This document shows positions 26,742 to 36,566 of a DNA stretch of 45,895 nt, in pieces. The stretch comes from Candidatus Thorarchaeota archaeon (GTDB lineage Archaea > Asgardarchaeota > Thorarchaeia > Thorarchaeales > Thorarchaeaceae): positions 1 through 45,895 of the forward strand of contig JAGXKG010000013.1 in the NCBI GenBank assembly GCA_018335335.1, written 5' to 3'. Below the pieces are notes generated by a model. That model saw nothing but the letters and a program-made list of their open reading frames with translations, was not told the DNA's origin and made no database searches. How positions within the stretch are numbered: the first letter of the stretch is position 1; each line of letters starts with the position of its first letter. Made by a program: the position numbers and the translations under genes.

Positions 26742-27272
26742 ATGAAGACTTGGGAATTCGAATGCAAAGACGGCGAATCTGTATTCATTCGACATGCAAG
26801 GCTTTCTGATGGACAGAATATGTTTGAGGGATTTGCTGAAGTTGTTGCAGAGAAGAAGTGGCTCCCCACCTTGGACACAACAACTAGCCTTGCCCAATGG
26901 TTTGATTGGATTGAACGGAGCAAAGATACAGATGATGTTATACTTGTAGCTTTGATAGACGGACACTATGTAGGCCACTTGACATTGAGGCCAGAGCGGT
27001 GGGATGCATCAGAACATGTTTGTAGACTTGGTATCATTGTCCGGAAGCCCTATAGGAACACAGGTGTCGGCAAAGCATTGATGACTGCTTCTGAAGAAGC
27101 CGCTCATGATGCCGGATTTGAGAAAATTGTTCTGAGCACACTATCTAACAACACTACAGCAATTGCTTTGTATCGGTCCATGAAGTACCGAGAAATCGGG
27201 ATTCGAAGAAATCACTTCAAAATGCCCAATGGGTACGTAAATCAGGTACTTTTTGAGAAATTACTTCAGTAG
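26742..27272 (+). CDS. GNAT family N-acetyltransferase (RimL/RimJ-like).
   Basis: 176 aa. Motif A is RKPYRNTGVGKALMTAS. The start is 3 nt after the radical SAM stop, so the two genes are likely co-transcribed and translationally coupled. Confidence 0.75.
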   Translation: MKTWEFECKDGESVFIRHARLSDGQNMFEGFAEVVAEKKWLPTLDTTTSLAQWFDWIERSKDTDDVILVALIDGHYVGHLTLRPERWDASEHVCRLGIIVRKPYRNTGVGKALMTASEEAAHDAGFEKIVLSTLSNNTTAIALYRSMKYREIGIRRNHFKMPNGYVNQVLFEKLLQ

Positions 27273-27395
27273 CAGATCCCATATTGAATACGAAAGCAAC
27301 ATATATCCGATTGGTTACTCTTAATCAGTTCATTTCGAAACTCCGTATAATGCTATACATCATGCATCATTGGTGAAGTTTTTGGTGCGCCCGAG

Positions 27396-27914
27396 GTGAA
27401 TATAATGTGGGAAAAGATATGTGACAAATTTGAAGCCTATCCTCAACGGTTGGTTGTTGCGCAGGAAATAGTTCGTCACGGTCTAAGAGTTGAAGCGCCT
27501 GGTGTGGTTAAGTGTGGCGACATCGGTATTTCGTTGACGGCTATAGGCGAAGCAGTAGGGGTTGATAGGCGTACCGTGCGCTCCATGACTGAAGACGTGT
27601 GTGCCGATGAAGAGCTTCGTGAATTCTTCTCACGTCTACGGCCTGCGGGACCATCGCTTGAGAATGTTTGTGAAGTGTTTGGGTATGGTTTCGTTAAGAT
27701 TTACGTGGAGTCTCCAGAAAACCCAGGAATCCTTTCTGAGGTGACTGCAACTATTGCAGGATATGGGGTGGCAATCCGTCAAGTATTAGCTGAAGATGTA
27801 GCTATCTATCAGAAACCTTGTCTCAAGGTGATTACCCAGAAACCCCTTCGCGGTGCGATTATTGAGACATTATCAAATATCAAGGGCGTAACTCGGGTCA
27901 TCATCGAAAACTGA
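27396..27914 (+). CDS. ACT-domain protein with an N-terminal HTH-like region (COG2150-like predicted regulator of amino acid metabolism).
   Basis: 172 aa. The C-terminal VKIYVESPENPGILSEVTATIAGYGVAIRQV fits the ACT beta-alpha-beta-beta-alpha-beta pattern. The N-terminal VVAQEIVRHGLRV...GISLTAIGEAVGVDRRTVRS is HTH-like. Confidence 0.55.
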   Translation: MNIMWEKICDKFEAYPQRLVVAQEIVRHGLRVEAPGVVKCGDIGISLTAIGEAVGVDRRTVRSMTEDVCADEELREFFSRLRPAGPSLENVCEVFGYGFVKIYVESPENPGILSEVTATIAGYGVAIRQVLAEDVAIYQKPCLKVITQKPLRGAIIETLSNIKGVTRVIIEN

Positions 27915-27972
27915 ATCTATATCCTTAAGACTCAAATTCTCGAACGTTGGAAAACAGCAAAGTGTTCCTTAC

Positions 27973-29241
27973 ATGACATCGCCCAAGACAGCGGAAATAG
28001 TATCTGATGATACCACCTCTATCACGCCTCAGAGCGGTGGCCTGCGTCAAGTTCTAATGCTCGCAATTTCACTCTGTATGCTCCAGATTGGTTTTGGAAT
28101 CATCACTCCGATTTTTCCCTATTACATCGCTGCTCTTGGCGTTGGTGCTACAGAATTAGGTGTTTTGGCTGCATCTTTTGCTCTCTCACGAATAGTATTT
28201 GCGAGTCCTTTAGGAGGCCTCTCTGATAGCCGAGGAAGAAAACCTGTGATGCTTGCAGCTTTGTTGGGATTCGCTTCAGCGAATGTGATGTATGCATTTG
28301 CGCCTGACATCTGGGTTATGATTTTTGCGAGAGCAATTGAAGGAGCAGTTTCCGCTGGATTCTATCCTGCCGCAAACGCTTACGTGTCAGATGTAACCAT
28401 TCCAAAGAACCGCGGTACTGGTATGGGCTATCTCAGCATGGGAAATATGGTTGGCTTCGTCATCGGTCCGACTGCTGGCGGTGTCATGGCTCAGTTTCTT
28501 GGAATCAGATTGCCTTTCTTGGTGGCTACTGTGTTTACTATGGGGACCCTTATGGCCCTCTATGTTCTGGTAAATGAACCGAAGAAAAACAAAGACCCAT
28601 TTGAAGAAACCGATTCCTCAGTAGACCTCAGAAAAGTCTTTGGCCGGCATACGCACTCTTACTTCGCTTTAGCTGTGGCTCTTTTTGGAAACATGTTTGC
28701 CATTGGGATCTTAGAGGTTGCATTTCTAGTCGACGCGGTAACTCGATTTGGGGTTATTCCCATTCAGATATCGTTCTTCTTTGGCATAATTGGTATAATC
28801 ACGCTGCTTGGAAATCTTGGCTTTGGTCATCTGTCGGATCGAATTGGCCGTAAATGGCTAATAGTGTTCGGTTGTGTGATTAGTGGTGGTGCTATGTTTG
28901 TCTTCATGTTATCCTCAAATGTAATAGGATTCTATCTGGGTGGGGCAGTCCTAGGCGTTGGCCTTTCAATGCGTGGACCGACAATTCAAGCTTTGATTGG
29001 AGATCTTACAGATGATGAAGCTTATGGGAAAGTGATGGGAGCATACGGTGCTATCAGTAATAGTGCTTACGTGGTAGGACCGATTCTAGGTGGGCGACTC
29101 TATGACTCTACCGGTAGTTGTCTGTCAAGTTTGGCCATGGCCGGGACAGTATCACTCGTTGGGGCTATTACAACTTCACTAGGACTTCCCGATTCAGTAC
29201 CTGAAGATAATAGCTCCGACTACGAAAGAGTCAGAGATTAG
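27973..29241 (+). CDS. Major facilitator superfamily transporter (12 TM).
   Basis: 422 aa. The MFS signature GGLSDSRGRKP (G-x-L-x-D-R/K-x-G-R-R/K) sits between TM2 and TM3 and repeats in the second half (GHLSDRIGRK). Confidence 0.85.
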   Translation: MTSPKTAEIVSDDTTSITPQSGGLRQVLMLAISLCMLQIGFGIITPIFPYYIAALGVGATELGVLAASFALSRIVFASPLGGLSDSRGRKPVMLAALLGFASANVMYAFAPDIWVMIFARAIEGAVSAGFYPAANAYVSDVTIPKNRGTGMGYLSMGNMVGFVIGPTAGGVMAQFLGIRLPFLVATVFTMGTLMALYVLVNEPKKNKDPFEETDSSVDLRKVFGRHTHSYFALAVALFGNMFAIGILEVAFLVDAVTRFGVIPIQISFFFGIIGIITLLGNLGFGHLSDRIGRKWLIVFGCVISGGAMFVFMLSSNVIGFYLGGAVLGVGLSMRGPTIQALIGDLTDDEAYGKVMGAYGAISNSAYVVGPILGGRLYDSTGSCLSSLAMAGTVSLVGAITTSLGLPDSVPEDNSSDYERVRD

Positions 29242-29258
29242 GCTCTTATCTCGTGAAT

Positions 29259-30104
29259 TCAAACTATTTCTGCCGCAACGTATGCTACAACGCTTTCTTT
29301 GTCTCCGGTCACATCACCAGAATTCGTGTATTGAAGGAGTCTGAATTCCTCAGCCCCTTGTTCGTTAGCATAGACGACCGCGGATGCTATTGGTCCAGCG
29401 CCACAAATACTGATTCTATGTTCACGAACAAAATTGATGAAACCCTCTGAATCTAAGAATTCGAGATACTCCATTGCTTGGTTATCTTTTCTTTTAGCTG
29501 TATCTGCCGGTTCAAAATGGGTGAAATCGGAACTGGCTATAACCAGAATATCCATTTCTTCACTCAATGAAGCAAAGGTTTCACCAAGAGATTTGCAGAT
29601 TTCATATGACTGAGTTTTCAGACAGATGGGAACAAATGGAGGAGCGCTATCAAATATGTACTGTAAGAAAGGAAGCTGAACTTCAATTGAATGCTCTTGA
29701 GCGTGAGCAACGCAATCGCTTTTGACAAATTCATTTTCGTCAAGAATGGCCTTTCCCAGCTCGGTATCATACTTGACTACACCAAGTGGTGTTTCCCAGT
29801 CCTCTTCACAGATAGCAGCTCGCGCTCCTTGCCCTGAGTGATTGGGACCTAATATGATTATGTGATCAGGTCTTCCGTCTTCGAAAATCTCTAGGTAGGA
29901 GTGTGCGGCAGTCATACCCGAATATACATAGCCTGCATGAGGAGCAATCACCGCCTTAATATTCCTATTTTCTCCAGGTGTGCCTACTGGTGTTTTTTCT
30001 GGCCCCATTTTCTTGGAGAAGCAATCCTCAAGCCTCTGCTCTAGAAGCCCCTTCTGTCCTTCGTAGAATTTGCCTGCTACTACCGGAAGACGTGTCATTT
30101 CCAA
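29259..30104 (-). CDS. MEMO1-family protein (AmmeMemoRadiSam system protein B-like).
   Basis: 281 aa. The conserved blocks are RLPVVAGKFY, APHAGYVYSG, ILGPNHSG, EHSIEVQLPFLQ and SSDFTHF. Confidence 0.8.
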   Translation of the reverse strand: MEMTRLPVVAGKFYEGQKGLLEQRLEDCFSKKMGPEKTPVGTPGENRNIKAVIAPHAGYVYSGMTAAHSYLEIFEDGRPDHIIILGPNHSGQGARAAICEEDWETPLGVVKYDTELGKAILDENEFVKSDCVAHAQEHSIEVQLPFLQYIFDSAPPFVPICLKTQSYEICKSLGETFASLSEEMDILVIASSDFTHFEPADTAKRKDNQAMEYLEFLDSEGFINFVREHRISICGAGPIASAVVYANEQGAEEFRLLQYTNSGDVTGDKESVVAYVAAEIV

Positions 30105-30169
30105 TCCCTACCCTAATACATACTGCCCTGGTGAGAAAAGGCTTTCCCTACACGGTCCCCAGACATCCG

Positions 30170-31495
30170 TTAACTTTCTGATGCCTTATCTAGTCCCTCT
30201 TCTACGTGGTGGACTATTTCTTCTTTTGGGACTTGGGTAGTTTTCTTAGTCTTCATGTCTCTGATACTAAGCTTACCTTCGCTTAGGTCCCTTTCACCCA
30301 CGATAATCGCCAGAGCAGCACCTTCATCATCAGCCTGCTCAAGCAACCTCCCCAAGGGCCTATCCATCAAATCGACACCACAAGAGAAGCCTGCTCTTAT
30401 CATATCTTTCTGTATGCTCATTGCATACTTCTGCATATCCTTTGAGATAGGAGCCACAAATACATCCAGTTTGGGTCGAAGTTCCTCGCCTAACCCTTTT
30501 TCCATCAGTATGTCGATGATTCTCCCTACCCCCAGTGATATCCCTGTCGCACCAATTGATGGTCCGCCAAACTTCTCGATAAGGTTGTCATATCTACCTC
30601 CTCCTGCAATCGATCCAACATCTGGTTCTCCCAAATATCGCCCCTCAAAAACTGGACCTGTGTAGTAGTCTAACCCCCTAGCAAGAGAAATATCGAATTT
30701 GATGAATTTTCCTAGTTCTGCTTTGGTGAAGATATCTTCCATTCTGGCGAGCTCCGCTACACCTTCTAATCCGACATCTGAGCCGGATAAGAGATCTCGA
30801 AATTCATCAAGACTAGAGATAGTCTCTTCTTCATCAAAGACATTGTTCGATAGAAATTCAATCTGTTCTTGGTTCATGCCTTTTTCGCCAAGCTCTTCGA
30901 CCACACCTTCAACACCGATTTTGTCCAGCTTGTCTATGGCTCTGAAACATTCGTGTGTGAGTTCTTTAGGTATGCCTGCTTTTTCTGTTAGCCCGCGGAG
31001 CACCTTTCTGTTGTTGATTTTAATGAGGGAATGATCATCATCGAATATTGCATTCATGAATTCAAGAGCAACCATAACAACCTCGGCATCTGCTGCAGGT
31101 GTGGTATTGCCTATCACATCAACATCCGCTTGTGTAAATTCTCTGTATCTGCCGGCTTGTGGTCTGTCATATCTCCATGCCTTTCCTATGGCATATCTCT
31201 TGAATGGTTTTGGAAGAGTGGGGTTTGATGAAACTATTCTTGCCAAAGGTACTGTAAGATCAAATCTGAGTCCAACTTGTCTGTCACCCTTGTCCGTGAA
31301 TTTGAAAGTATCTGCTTCAATCTCTTCTCCTCCTTTTGCAGAAAGGGTCTTCCACAATTCTACAGCCGGAGAATCCAGAGGTTCGTATCCAAAGAGCTTG
31401 AAAACGTCAACAGCTGTCTGGATGAGATAATCGCGAACATACATTTCTGGGCCCATTAAGTCTCGCATACCACGGACTGTCTGCATTTCAGTCAT
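30170..31495 (-). CDS. hisS: Histidyl-tRNA synthetase (class II).
   Basis: The HisRS N-terminus is MQTVRGMRD. Class II motifs 1-3 are present (FRYDRPQAGRYREF, GGGRYD), and the C-terminal anticodon-binding domain is present. ATG 31495 is preferred over the track start 31513 because GGAGG lies 7 nt upstream of it. Confidence 0.9.
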   Translation of the reverse strand: MTEMQTVRGMRDLMGPEMYVRDYLIQTAVDVFKLFGYEPLDSPAVELWKTLSAKGGEEIEADTFKFTDKGDRQVGLRFDLTVPLARIVSSNPTLPKPFKRYAIGKAWRYDRPQAGRYREFTQADVDVIGNTTPAADAEVVMVALEFMNAIFDDDHSLIKINNRKVLRGLTEKAGIPKELTHECFRAIDKLDKIGVEGVVEELGEKGMNQEQIEFLSNNVFDEEETISSLDEFRDLLSGSDVGLEGVAELARMEDIFTKAELGKFIKFDISLARGLDYYTGPVFEGRYLGEPDVGSIAGGGRYDNLIEKFGGPSIGATGISLGVGRIIDILMEKGLGEELRPKLDVFVAPISKDMQKYAMSIQKDMIRAGFSCGVDLMDRPLGRLLEQADDEGAALAIIVGERDLSEGKLSIRDMKTKKTTQVPKEEIVHHVEEGLDKASES

Positions 31496-31655
31496 AGAAA
31501 ACCTCCAAAACAAGAAGAACTGAGCGAAATGAGGTTACCTCCACCAGAAGATTACTCTTCTCCAGACCTGTGAACGGAGCCACCAACGCTCAAATGCTTC
31601 ACCATCAAAGAGGTGAATTGGGAGCATTTTAAGGATTATGTTGAGTCGGAATGCA

Positions 31656-32984
31656 CTAGAACCAAGGGAAAATACCCCACGCTAACAGGGCCAAATACAC
31701 AAGGACTCCGACAGCCATGAGGAGTGAGTCTCTGCCCACTTTCTTTGTCAACTCCGGTTCTTGATCCGTAGAATAGACGTAGATTATCTTGTTCAGAACT
31801 GCGATGGTTGTTGCTATGATCACGGAATAAACAGCTGACTCAATTGATATGTTTCCCATTGCATATCCTGTGGTAACCGTTGATACAAGCGCTGCAGCAG
31901 AGACAAAGCCACCAAATACCGCCGCTATGAGGATTCCAAAGTCACTGAAGGTGTCTTGAAGAAATAGGGAAATCACTGTTACTACAGTGAACACCAAGGC
32001 GAACTTCAGTGCTGCTGTTAATTCGAAAGGCGAGACAAACCTGGTGTCTAGTTTCTCCTCATCCGGCTTCTGTATGACGGTCCGCTCGTGAAACAAACGG
32101 ACCAAACCACCCATTGTGAGAATACCAAGAGGGATGATGTAGAACCTGAAGATACTGAGGGATGGATCAATAAGTAACACGAGTACCCCATTCCTCAAAA
32201 CCATGGCTATATTCGCGAAAATTACTGACAGTGAGATTCTGCCGGTGAATCTTCTTTCCGTTCGTACATGAAAATCAGCTAGGCTCGTTACAGTGGCTTC
32301 ACTGTTCGCAAATCCACCAAAGAATCCGAAGAAGTAGGTTCCTCGTGTTCGGTACTGCTTAACCAAGATGTAGTTGGCAAAGCTGATGCTGAGAAGGAGA
32401 ACAACAAGCAGATACGTCTGATGCACCGCCAAGGTGATGGGCCCAATTTCCCAGGTGGCAGGCAAGAGAGGCCACAGGAAGAATATCAGGACACCAAGCT
32501 GCACTGCACTAATCATCTCTTCTTTCGTAATCACTCCTACTGCGCTTGCTACTTCCTCCTTAAAACCAAGCACCAAGAAAATGAAAAATGACATGGTCAT
32601 AGCAAGAACCTGTAGAGGGCCGACCAGTTGCCCTTCAAGCGGAGCTTCGTCCAACCCGACAAGCGCTCCTAGAACGAAGGAGATGCCAAAAACGATGCTG
32701 GTGGTTGTTCCCTTCCGCATGGTGCGAAACATCTTGTATACGATTTGTGAACTTGTTAGAATCGCTGATATCACGATGGCATAGATGAATAGAGTCGGGC
32801 TTCCTGATACTGTGAATGAGTACGCAGCAAGCGTTGCCATGAGGCTATGCAGACCGAATGAACGTATGCCTGCTGTAAGATCTTCTCTCATTCGCTTCTG
32901 TCTTTCCAGACCAATGAGTGCTCCTACAGCAAATCCGATTATGCAGCGGAGTACGAGTGTAGTGTCAAGTAATATCTCCTGCAA
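31656..32984 (-). CDS. MgtC/SapB family membrane protein with an extended C-terminal (DUF4010-like) multi-TM domain.
   Basis: 442 aa. The N-terminal VGALIGLERQKRMREDLTAGIRSFGLHSLMATLAAYSF matches the MgtC signature (GLER....AG.RT..Lv..gsa.f). The remainder is polytopic. Confidence 0.65.
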   Translation of the reverse strand: MQEILLDTTLVLRCIIGFAVGALIGLERQKRMREDLTAGIRSFGLHSLMATLAAYSFTVSGSPTLFIYAIVISAILTSSQIVYKMFRTMRKGTTTSIVFGISFVLGALVGLDEAPLEGQLVGPLQVLAMTMSFFIFLVLGFKEEVASAVGVITKEEMISAVQLGVLIFFLWPLLPATWEIGPITLAVHQTYLLVVLLLSISFANYILVKQYRTRGTYFFGFFGGFANSEATVTSLADFHVRTERRFTGRISLSVIFANIAMVLRNGVLVLLIDPSLSIFRFYIIPLGILTMGGLVRLFHERTVIQKPDEEKLDTRFVSPFELTAALKFALVFTVVTVISLFLQDTFSDFGILIAAVFGGFVSAAALVSTVTTGYAMGNISIESAVYSVIIATTIAVLNKIIYVYSTDQEPELTKKVGRDSLLMAVGVLVYLALLAWGIFPWF

Positions 32985-33083
32985 CCATAATCACCATGGG
33001 GAAGAGAATTATGGAATACCCCCACTATTAAGGAGTACTGTTTTGATAATATGAAAAAAGGGGAAAAGAGGTGGATTGGGAAA

Positions 33084-33827
33084 TCAATCCAGCCTCGTGT
33101 TCTCTAGTAGCAATGAAAGCGGAATGTCACGATGCTCTCCAGTAGGCATTCTCCGTCTCACGGTCATTGGTAGCATTCCCATTTTCAGCTCAGCTTCTGC
33201 CAGCGCGAAGAGGTTACCGTCAACGTTGTCAGGATTGACGAGAAGAGGAGCTCCCATCGAAAGCTGAAGTGCTCGTGCTCCGATGATTCTGGCCTTCTCA
33301 AACTTGGTTAACCATTTTGGGCCTATTGGAATGCCCATATCCTCTTTCTCTTCCTCTAAGCCTGTAGTAAGTTCCGATCTTTCCGGTGGCGGTTCGAATT
33401 CTTCCGCACTAGGTAGTTCGTGAGCTTCGTTGGGTTCCTCTGGTTCAGGTCTTTTCCGTTTACGGAGTCTCTTCTGGCTGAGGTCGATTTCACCAGATTC
33501 AATGGCCTTTCTGATTTCACTAGCCGCGTCAATAACGTTCCTGGCTTTTCTGACGCTCAAGCCATTGATGCTTACAGCAATAACTGCTGAGTTGGCCTTC
33601 TCCAGCTTTTCCAGATCACCGTATCCTTCTCTGTACAGCTTCTCAGCAGTACGAGGGCCTACGCCTGATATCTCTGCCAGAGCGAGGAGCTGTCGTTCCT
33701 TCTCGGTGTGTCCACTGTCATCTTCGTCATCCTTGTCTTCTTCCTTCTCTTCCTCTTCTTGTTCTTCCTCAGGTTCCTGTTCCTCGGAGTTCTTGTCGTC
33801 CTTCGAATCATCTGACATATGCCACAC
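33084..33827 (-). CDS. rpoK: DNA-directed RNA polymerase subunit K (Rpo6/Rpb6 homolog) with a ~170-aa N-terminal extension: an acidic tract plus a helix-hairpin-helix motif.
   Basis: The C-terminal 75 aa, [25 protein letters not shown]...[28 protein letters not shown], match the RpoK/Rpb6 core ([18 protein letters not shown].GAp.lv...dp..iA..El..g.lP..irR..pdG). The N-terminal D/E-rich segment is [23 protein letters not shown]. The HhH is [29 protein letters not shown]. It is a single uninterrupted ORF. Confidence 0.7.
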   Translation of the reverse strand: MWHMSDDSKDDKNSEEQEPEEEQEEEEKEEDKDDEDDSGHTEKERQLLALAEISGVGPRTAEKLYREGYGDLEKLEKANSAVIAVSINGLSVRKARNVIDAASEIRKAIESGEIDLSQKRLRKRKRPEPEEPNEAHELPSAEEFEPPPERSELTTGLEEEKEDMGIPIGPKWLTKFEKARIIGARALQLSMGAPLLVNPDNVDGNLFALAEAELKMGMLPMTVRRRMPTGEHRDIPLSLLLENTRLD

Positions 33828-33855
33828 CTATCTAATCGGCGTTCGGGACGCTTTA

Positions 33856-35484
33856 TTAATCTAGGTCTTCGCCCGCCCCGGGTGCGCCGCCCTGACCCAT
33901 ACCGCCGCCTTTGCTACTGATGACGTCATCGATCTTCAAAAGCATCTGTGCAGCTTCAGAAGCAGACATAACAATCTGTCTATTGACGGCAGCCGACTCA
34001 ATGACACGATTCTTCTTCATGTCATCTATCTTGCTACTGGTGATGTCGACTCCAAAGTGCTTCTTGCCTTCCGAATGTGCGGAACGGAGCTCAACAAGCA
34101 TGTCGATTGGATCGAGTCCAGCGTTCTCAGACAAGGTTGTGGGTACAACCTCTAGAGCATCAGCGAAAGCGTTGACAGCGTATTGCTCTCTGCCTTCAAA
34201 CTTGGATGCTTGTTCACGAAGACTCTGAGCCATTTCACAAGCGAGTGCTCCACCACCATAGGTGACTTTTGGTTCCATGATTACATCACGGACAACGTAG
34301 AGTGCATCATTGAGAGCACGATCTACCTCATCTACGATGTGATCTGTACCGCCGCGCACCATTATTGTAACCGCTGAGGCCTGGGGTGTGCCTTCAACAA
34401 AGAGCATTTTGTCATCAGCGACCTTCCGTTGTTCAACAAGGTCTGCTTCACCCAAGTCATCCTTGGTAAGATTGTTTATCTGTGAAACAATAGTTGCACC
34501 TGTCGCTTTGTGCAGGCGCTCAACATCTGATTTCTTGATTCTCCTGACCGCTAGAATACCGTTCTTCGCCAAGAAGTGTTGTGCGAGGTCATCGATACCT
34601 TTCTGGCAGATAACGACGTTGGCACCAGTCTCTACAATCTTGTTTACCATCGACTTCAGCATATTCTGCTCTTCGTCTAGGAATGATTGCATTGATGTTG
34701 GGTCAGATATAGAAATCTTGGTATCAAATTCAGTCTTAGAGACTTCAAGAGGTGCCTCAAGAAGTGCTATCTTGGCCTTGTCTATTTTCTTGGGCATTCC
34801 GGCATGTACGATTTCCTTGTCAAGAACCAAACCGTTAATCAGCTCAGTGTGGTCGACTTGAAGGCCTTCCTGCTTCTGTCGTGGTATATCCTTTATTGAA
34901 ATGTCTTCACCAGCTTCTTTTCCCTTGCTGATTGCAAGAACTGCATCGACAACAATTTCTGCCAGTGCCTCCTTGGAAGTTGAAACGAACTTGCTTGACA
35001 TGGCAGTTTTTGCTACATCAACGAGAATATCACGATAATTCTCATCTTCTGGGTCGATTTCATCAGCAGTCTTATCAATAATATCTAGTGCATGCTGTGA
35101 GGCTTTCCTATAACCACTAATTATAGTAGTGGCGTGGATTTTCTGATCCAGCAGTTCCTCTGCTTGCTTGAGAAATTCGCCTGTAAGAACTGCTGCTGTG
35201 GTAGTACCATCGCCCACTTCATCGTCCACGGTTCGGGCTACTTCGATAACCATCTTCGCAGCAGGATGGGACACGTCCATCTCTTTGAGGATGGTTGCAC
35301 CGTCATTGCTAACGGTAATGTCGCCAAATCCATCTACAAGCATCTTGTCCATACCTTTTGGACCCAAGGCAGACCTAACTGACTCGGCAATTACCTTTGC
35401 CGCCATGATGTTGTTTCTCTGGGCATCACGGCCCCTACGTCTCTCGGTATCCTCTCGTAATACGATAATCGGTTGTTGACTCAT
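33856..35484 (-). CDS. Thermosome subunit (group II chaperonin, CCT/TCP-1 family).
   Basis: The N-terminus [22 protein letters not shown] is typical. The ATP-binding GDGTTT motif is present. The C-terminal [12 protein letters not shown] is a GGM-type tail. The start was moved to the internal ATG 35484 with GGAGG 7 nt upstream (the track ORF starts at 35529). Confidence 0.93.
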   Translation of the reverse strand: MSQQPIIVLREDTERRRGRDAQRNNIMAAKVIAESVRSALGPKGMDKMLVDGFGDITVSNDGATILKEMDVSHPAAKMVIEVARTVDDEVGDGTTTAAVLTGEFLKQAEELLDQKIHATTIISGYRKASQHALDIIDKTADEIDPEDENYRDILVDVAKTAMSSKFVSTSKEALAEIVVDAVLAISKGKEAGEDISIKDIPRQKQEGLQVDHTELINGLVLDKEIVHAGMPKKIDKAKIALLEAPLEVSKTEFDTKISISDPTSMQSFLDEEQNMLKSMVNKIVETGANVVICQKGIDDLAQHFLAKNGILAVRRIKKSDVERLHKATGATIVSQINNLTKDDLGEADLVEQRKVADDKMLFVEGTPQASAVTIMVRGGTDHIVDEVDRALNDALYVVRDVIMEPKVTYGGGALACEMAQSLREQASKFEGREQYAVNAFADALEVVPTTLSENAGLDPIDMLVELRSAHSEGKKHFGVDITSSKIDDMKKNRVIESAAVNRQIVMSASEAAQMLLKIDDVISSKGGGMGQGGAPGAGEDLD

Positions 35485-35653
35485 CCTTATTCCTCCAGTT
35501 TCATTCTTAGCCTTATTTTGGTAAAACAAAACTGTACATGCGCTTCGTCGAAGATATCCATTTAAGCATTACTTTGTGAACACATTAACTTCGATTTCAA
35601 ACCCAATAAAAAGCCTTCTCTCAGCCACATTCTCTCCGAATCTTTCTAAAATT

Positions 35654-36562
35654 CTATTTGCGTCTAAGAACAACGTTCTCTCCCTTTGAAACACCCAATA
35701 CGCTCGCAATATGCGGGCATTTTGCTCTTGAGATATAATATGTTTCCACATTCAGTTCTCGCTGGATTTCTGGAAATGTTTCAATGTTCGCCTGCCCCTT
35801 TGAGATGACCACGTCTGCTTGAGCCACGGAATCAAGGAACTCTTCACTTACCCATTTCTTGGGAACACCAAATGCCCATGCCCCTGATGTGATGACCTCA
35901 GCGATTTCCTCAATCCCTGTTTCCCTGACATCTTCCAAGACAACATCATTCATCATTGGCTTATCCTTCACAACATAGGTCACAGTCCAGTCCTTTGCAT
36001 TGGCGATTTCAACAAGCGGGATATCGAAGTATGTTTCACCAACATTATCGGCAAGGAATACCATTTTGCCGTCCCTGGATTTCAATTGTTGCCAAAGCTT
36101 TTGTGAGTCATCAACTGCGAAACCCTGTTCCTCGATTGAAACAAAGGCTTCTACGAGTTTACTCAAATCCGGATTATGCCCTGCTGTGTTGAAATCAATC
36201 ATATTGCCCGCGATTGCTGAAGCCAAAGCAGCCCGCAGTTTCTCATAACCTTCCAGAGAATTGATTCTTTCCCGTACCTTCTTCATGCCCTTTTTCGCTG
36301 CTTCATTGCTGATCTTTTTGATATCATGATACGGGTCAACAGCGTCTTCCATGGAATAGAGATCCCTGTAAAGTTCGATAGAAAGGGTTGCGGGATCTTT
36401 CTTCTCTTGAAAACCCTCGGCCAAAATGTCAAATGCAGTAGAGAACAATTCGAACTGTCTCTGTTTGTCTTCGGTAAGCAAAGGTATCAATGTCTTAAGT
36501 GAGTTGACCATGCATGCTGAACAGTCAGGAATCAGCGGAACAACTAGTGGATCATCTGTCAC
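35654..36562 (-). CDS. DUF89 family protein (ARMT1-like damage-control phosphatase family).
   Basis: 302 aa. The metal-site motif is FLADNVGETYFD (DUF89 D-N-x-G-E), and a C-x-x-C pair lies near the N-terminus. The start is 4 bp after the stop of the upstream acetyltransferase gene. Confidence 0.7.
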   Translation of the reverse strand: MTDDPLVVPLIPDCSACMVNSLKTLIPLLTEDKQRQFELFSTAFDILAEGFQEKKDPATLSIELYRDLYSMEDAVDPYHDIKKISNEAAKKGMKKVRERINSLEGYEKLRAALASAIAGNMIDFNTAGHNPDLSKLVEAFVSIEEQGFAVDDSQKLWQQLKSRDGKMVFLADNVGETYFDIPLVEIANAKDWTVTYVVKDKPMMNDVVLEDVRETGIEEIAEVITSGAWAFGVPKKWVSEEFLDSVAQADVVISKGQANIETFPEIQRELNVETYYISRAKCPHIASVLGVSKGENVVLRRK

Positions 36563-36566
36563 TGCT

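Noticed and set aside
25767-30104. Possible AmmeMemoRadiSam system (radical SAM plus MEMO1-family protein).
   Set aside because: The two genes are 2.5 kb apart on opposite strands with unrelated genes between them. No AMMECR1 gene is seen. The radical SAM protein has a GRE-activase-type ferredoxin insert, not the simple PflA-like form.
35569-35751. Minus-strand 60-aa ORF in the thermosome/DUF89 intergenic region.
   Set aside because: It is short, overlaps the DUF89 gene's 3' end, and has no RBS. The region is better explained as the thermosome promoter.
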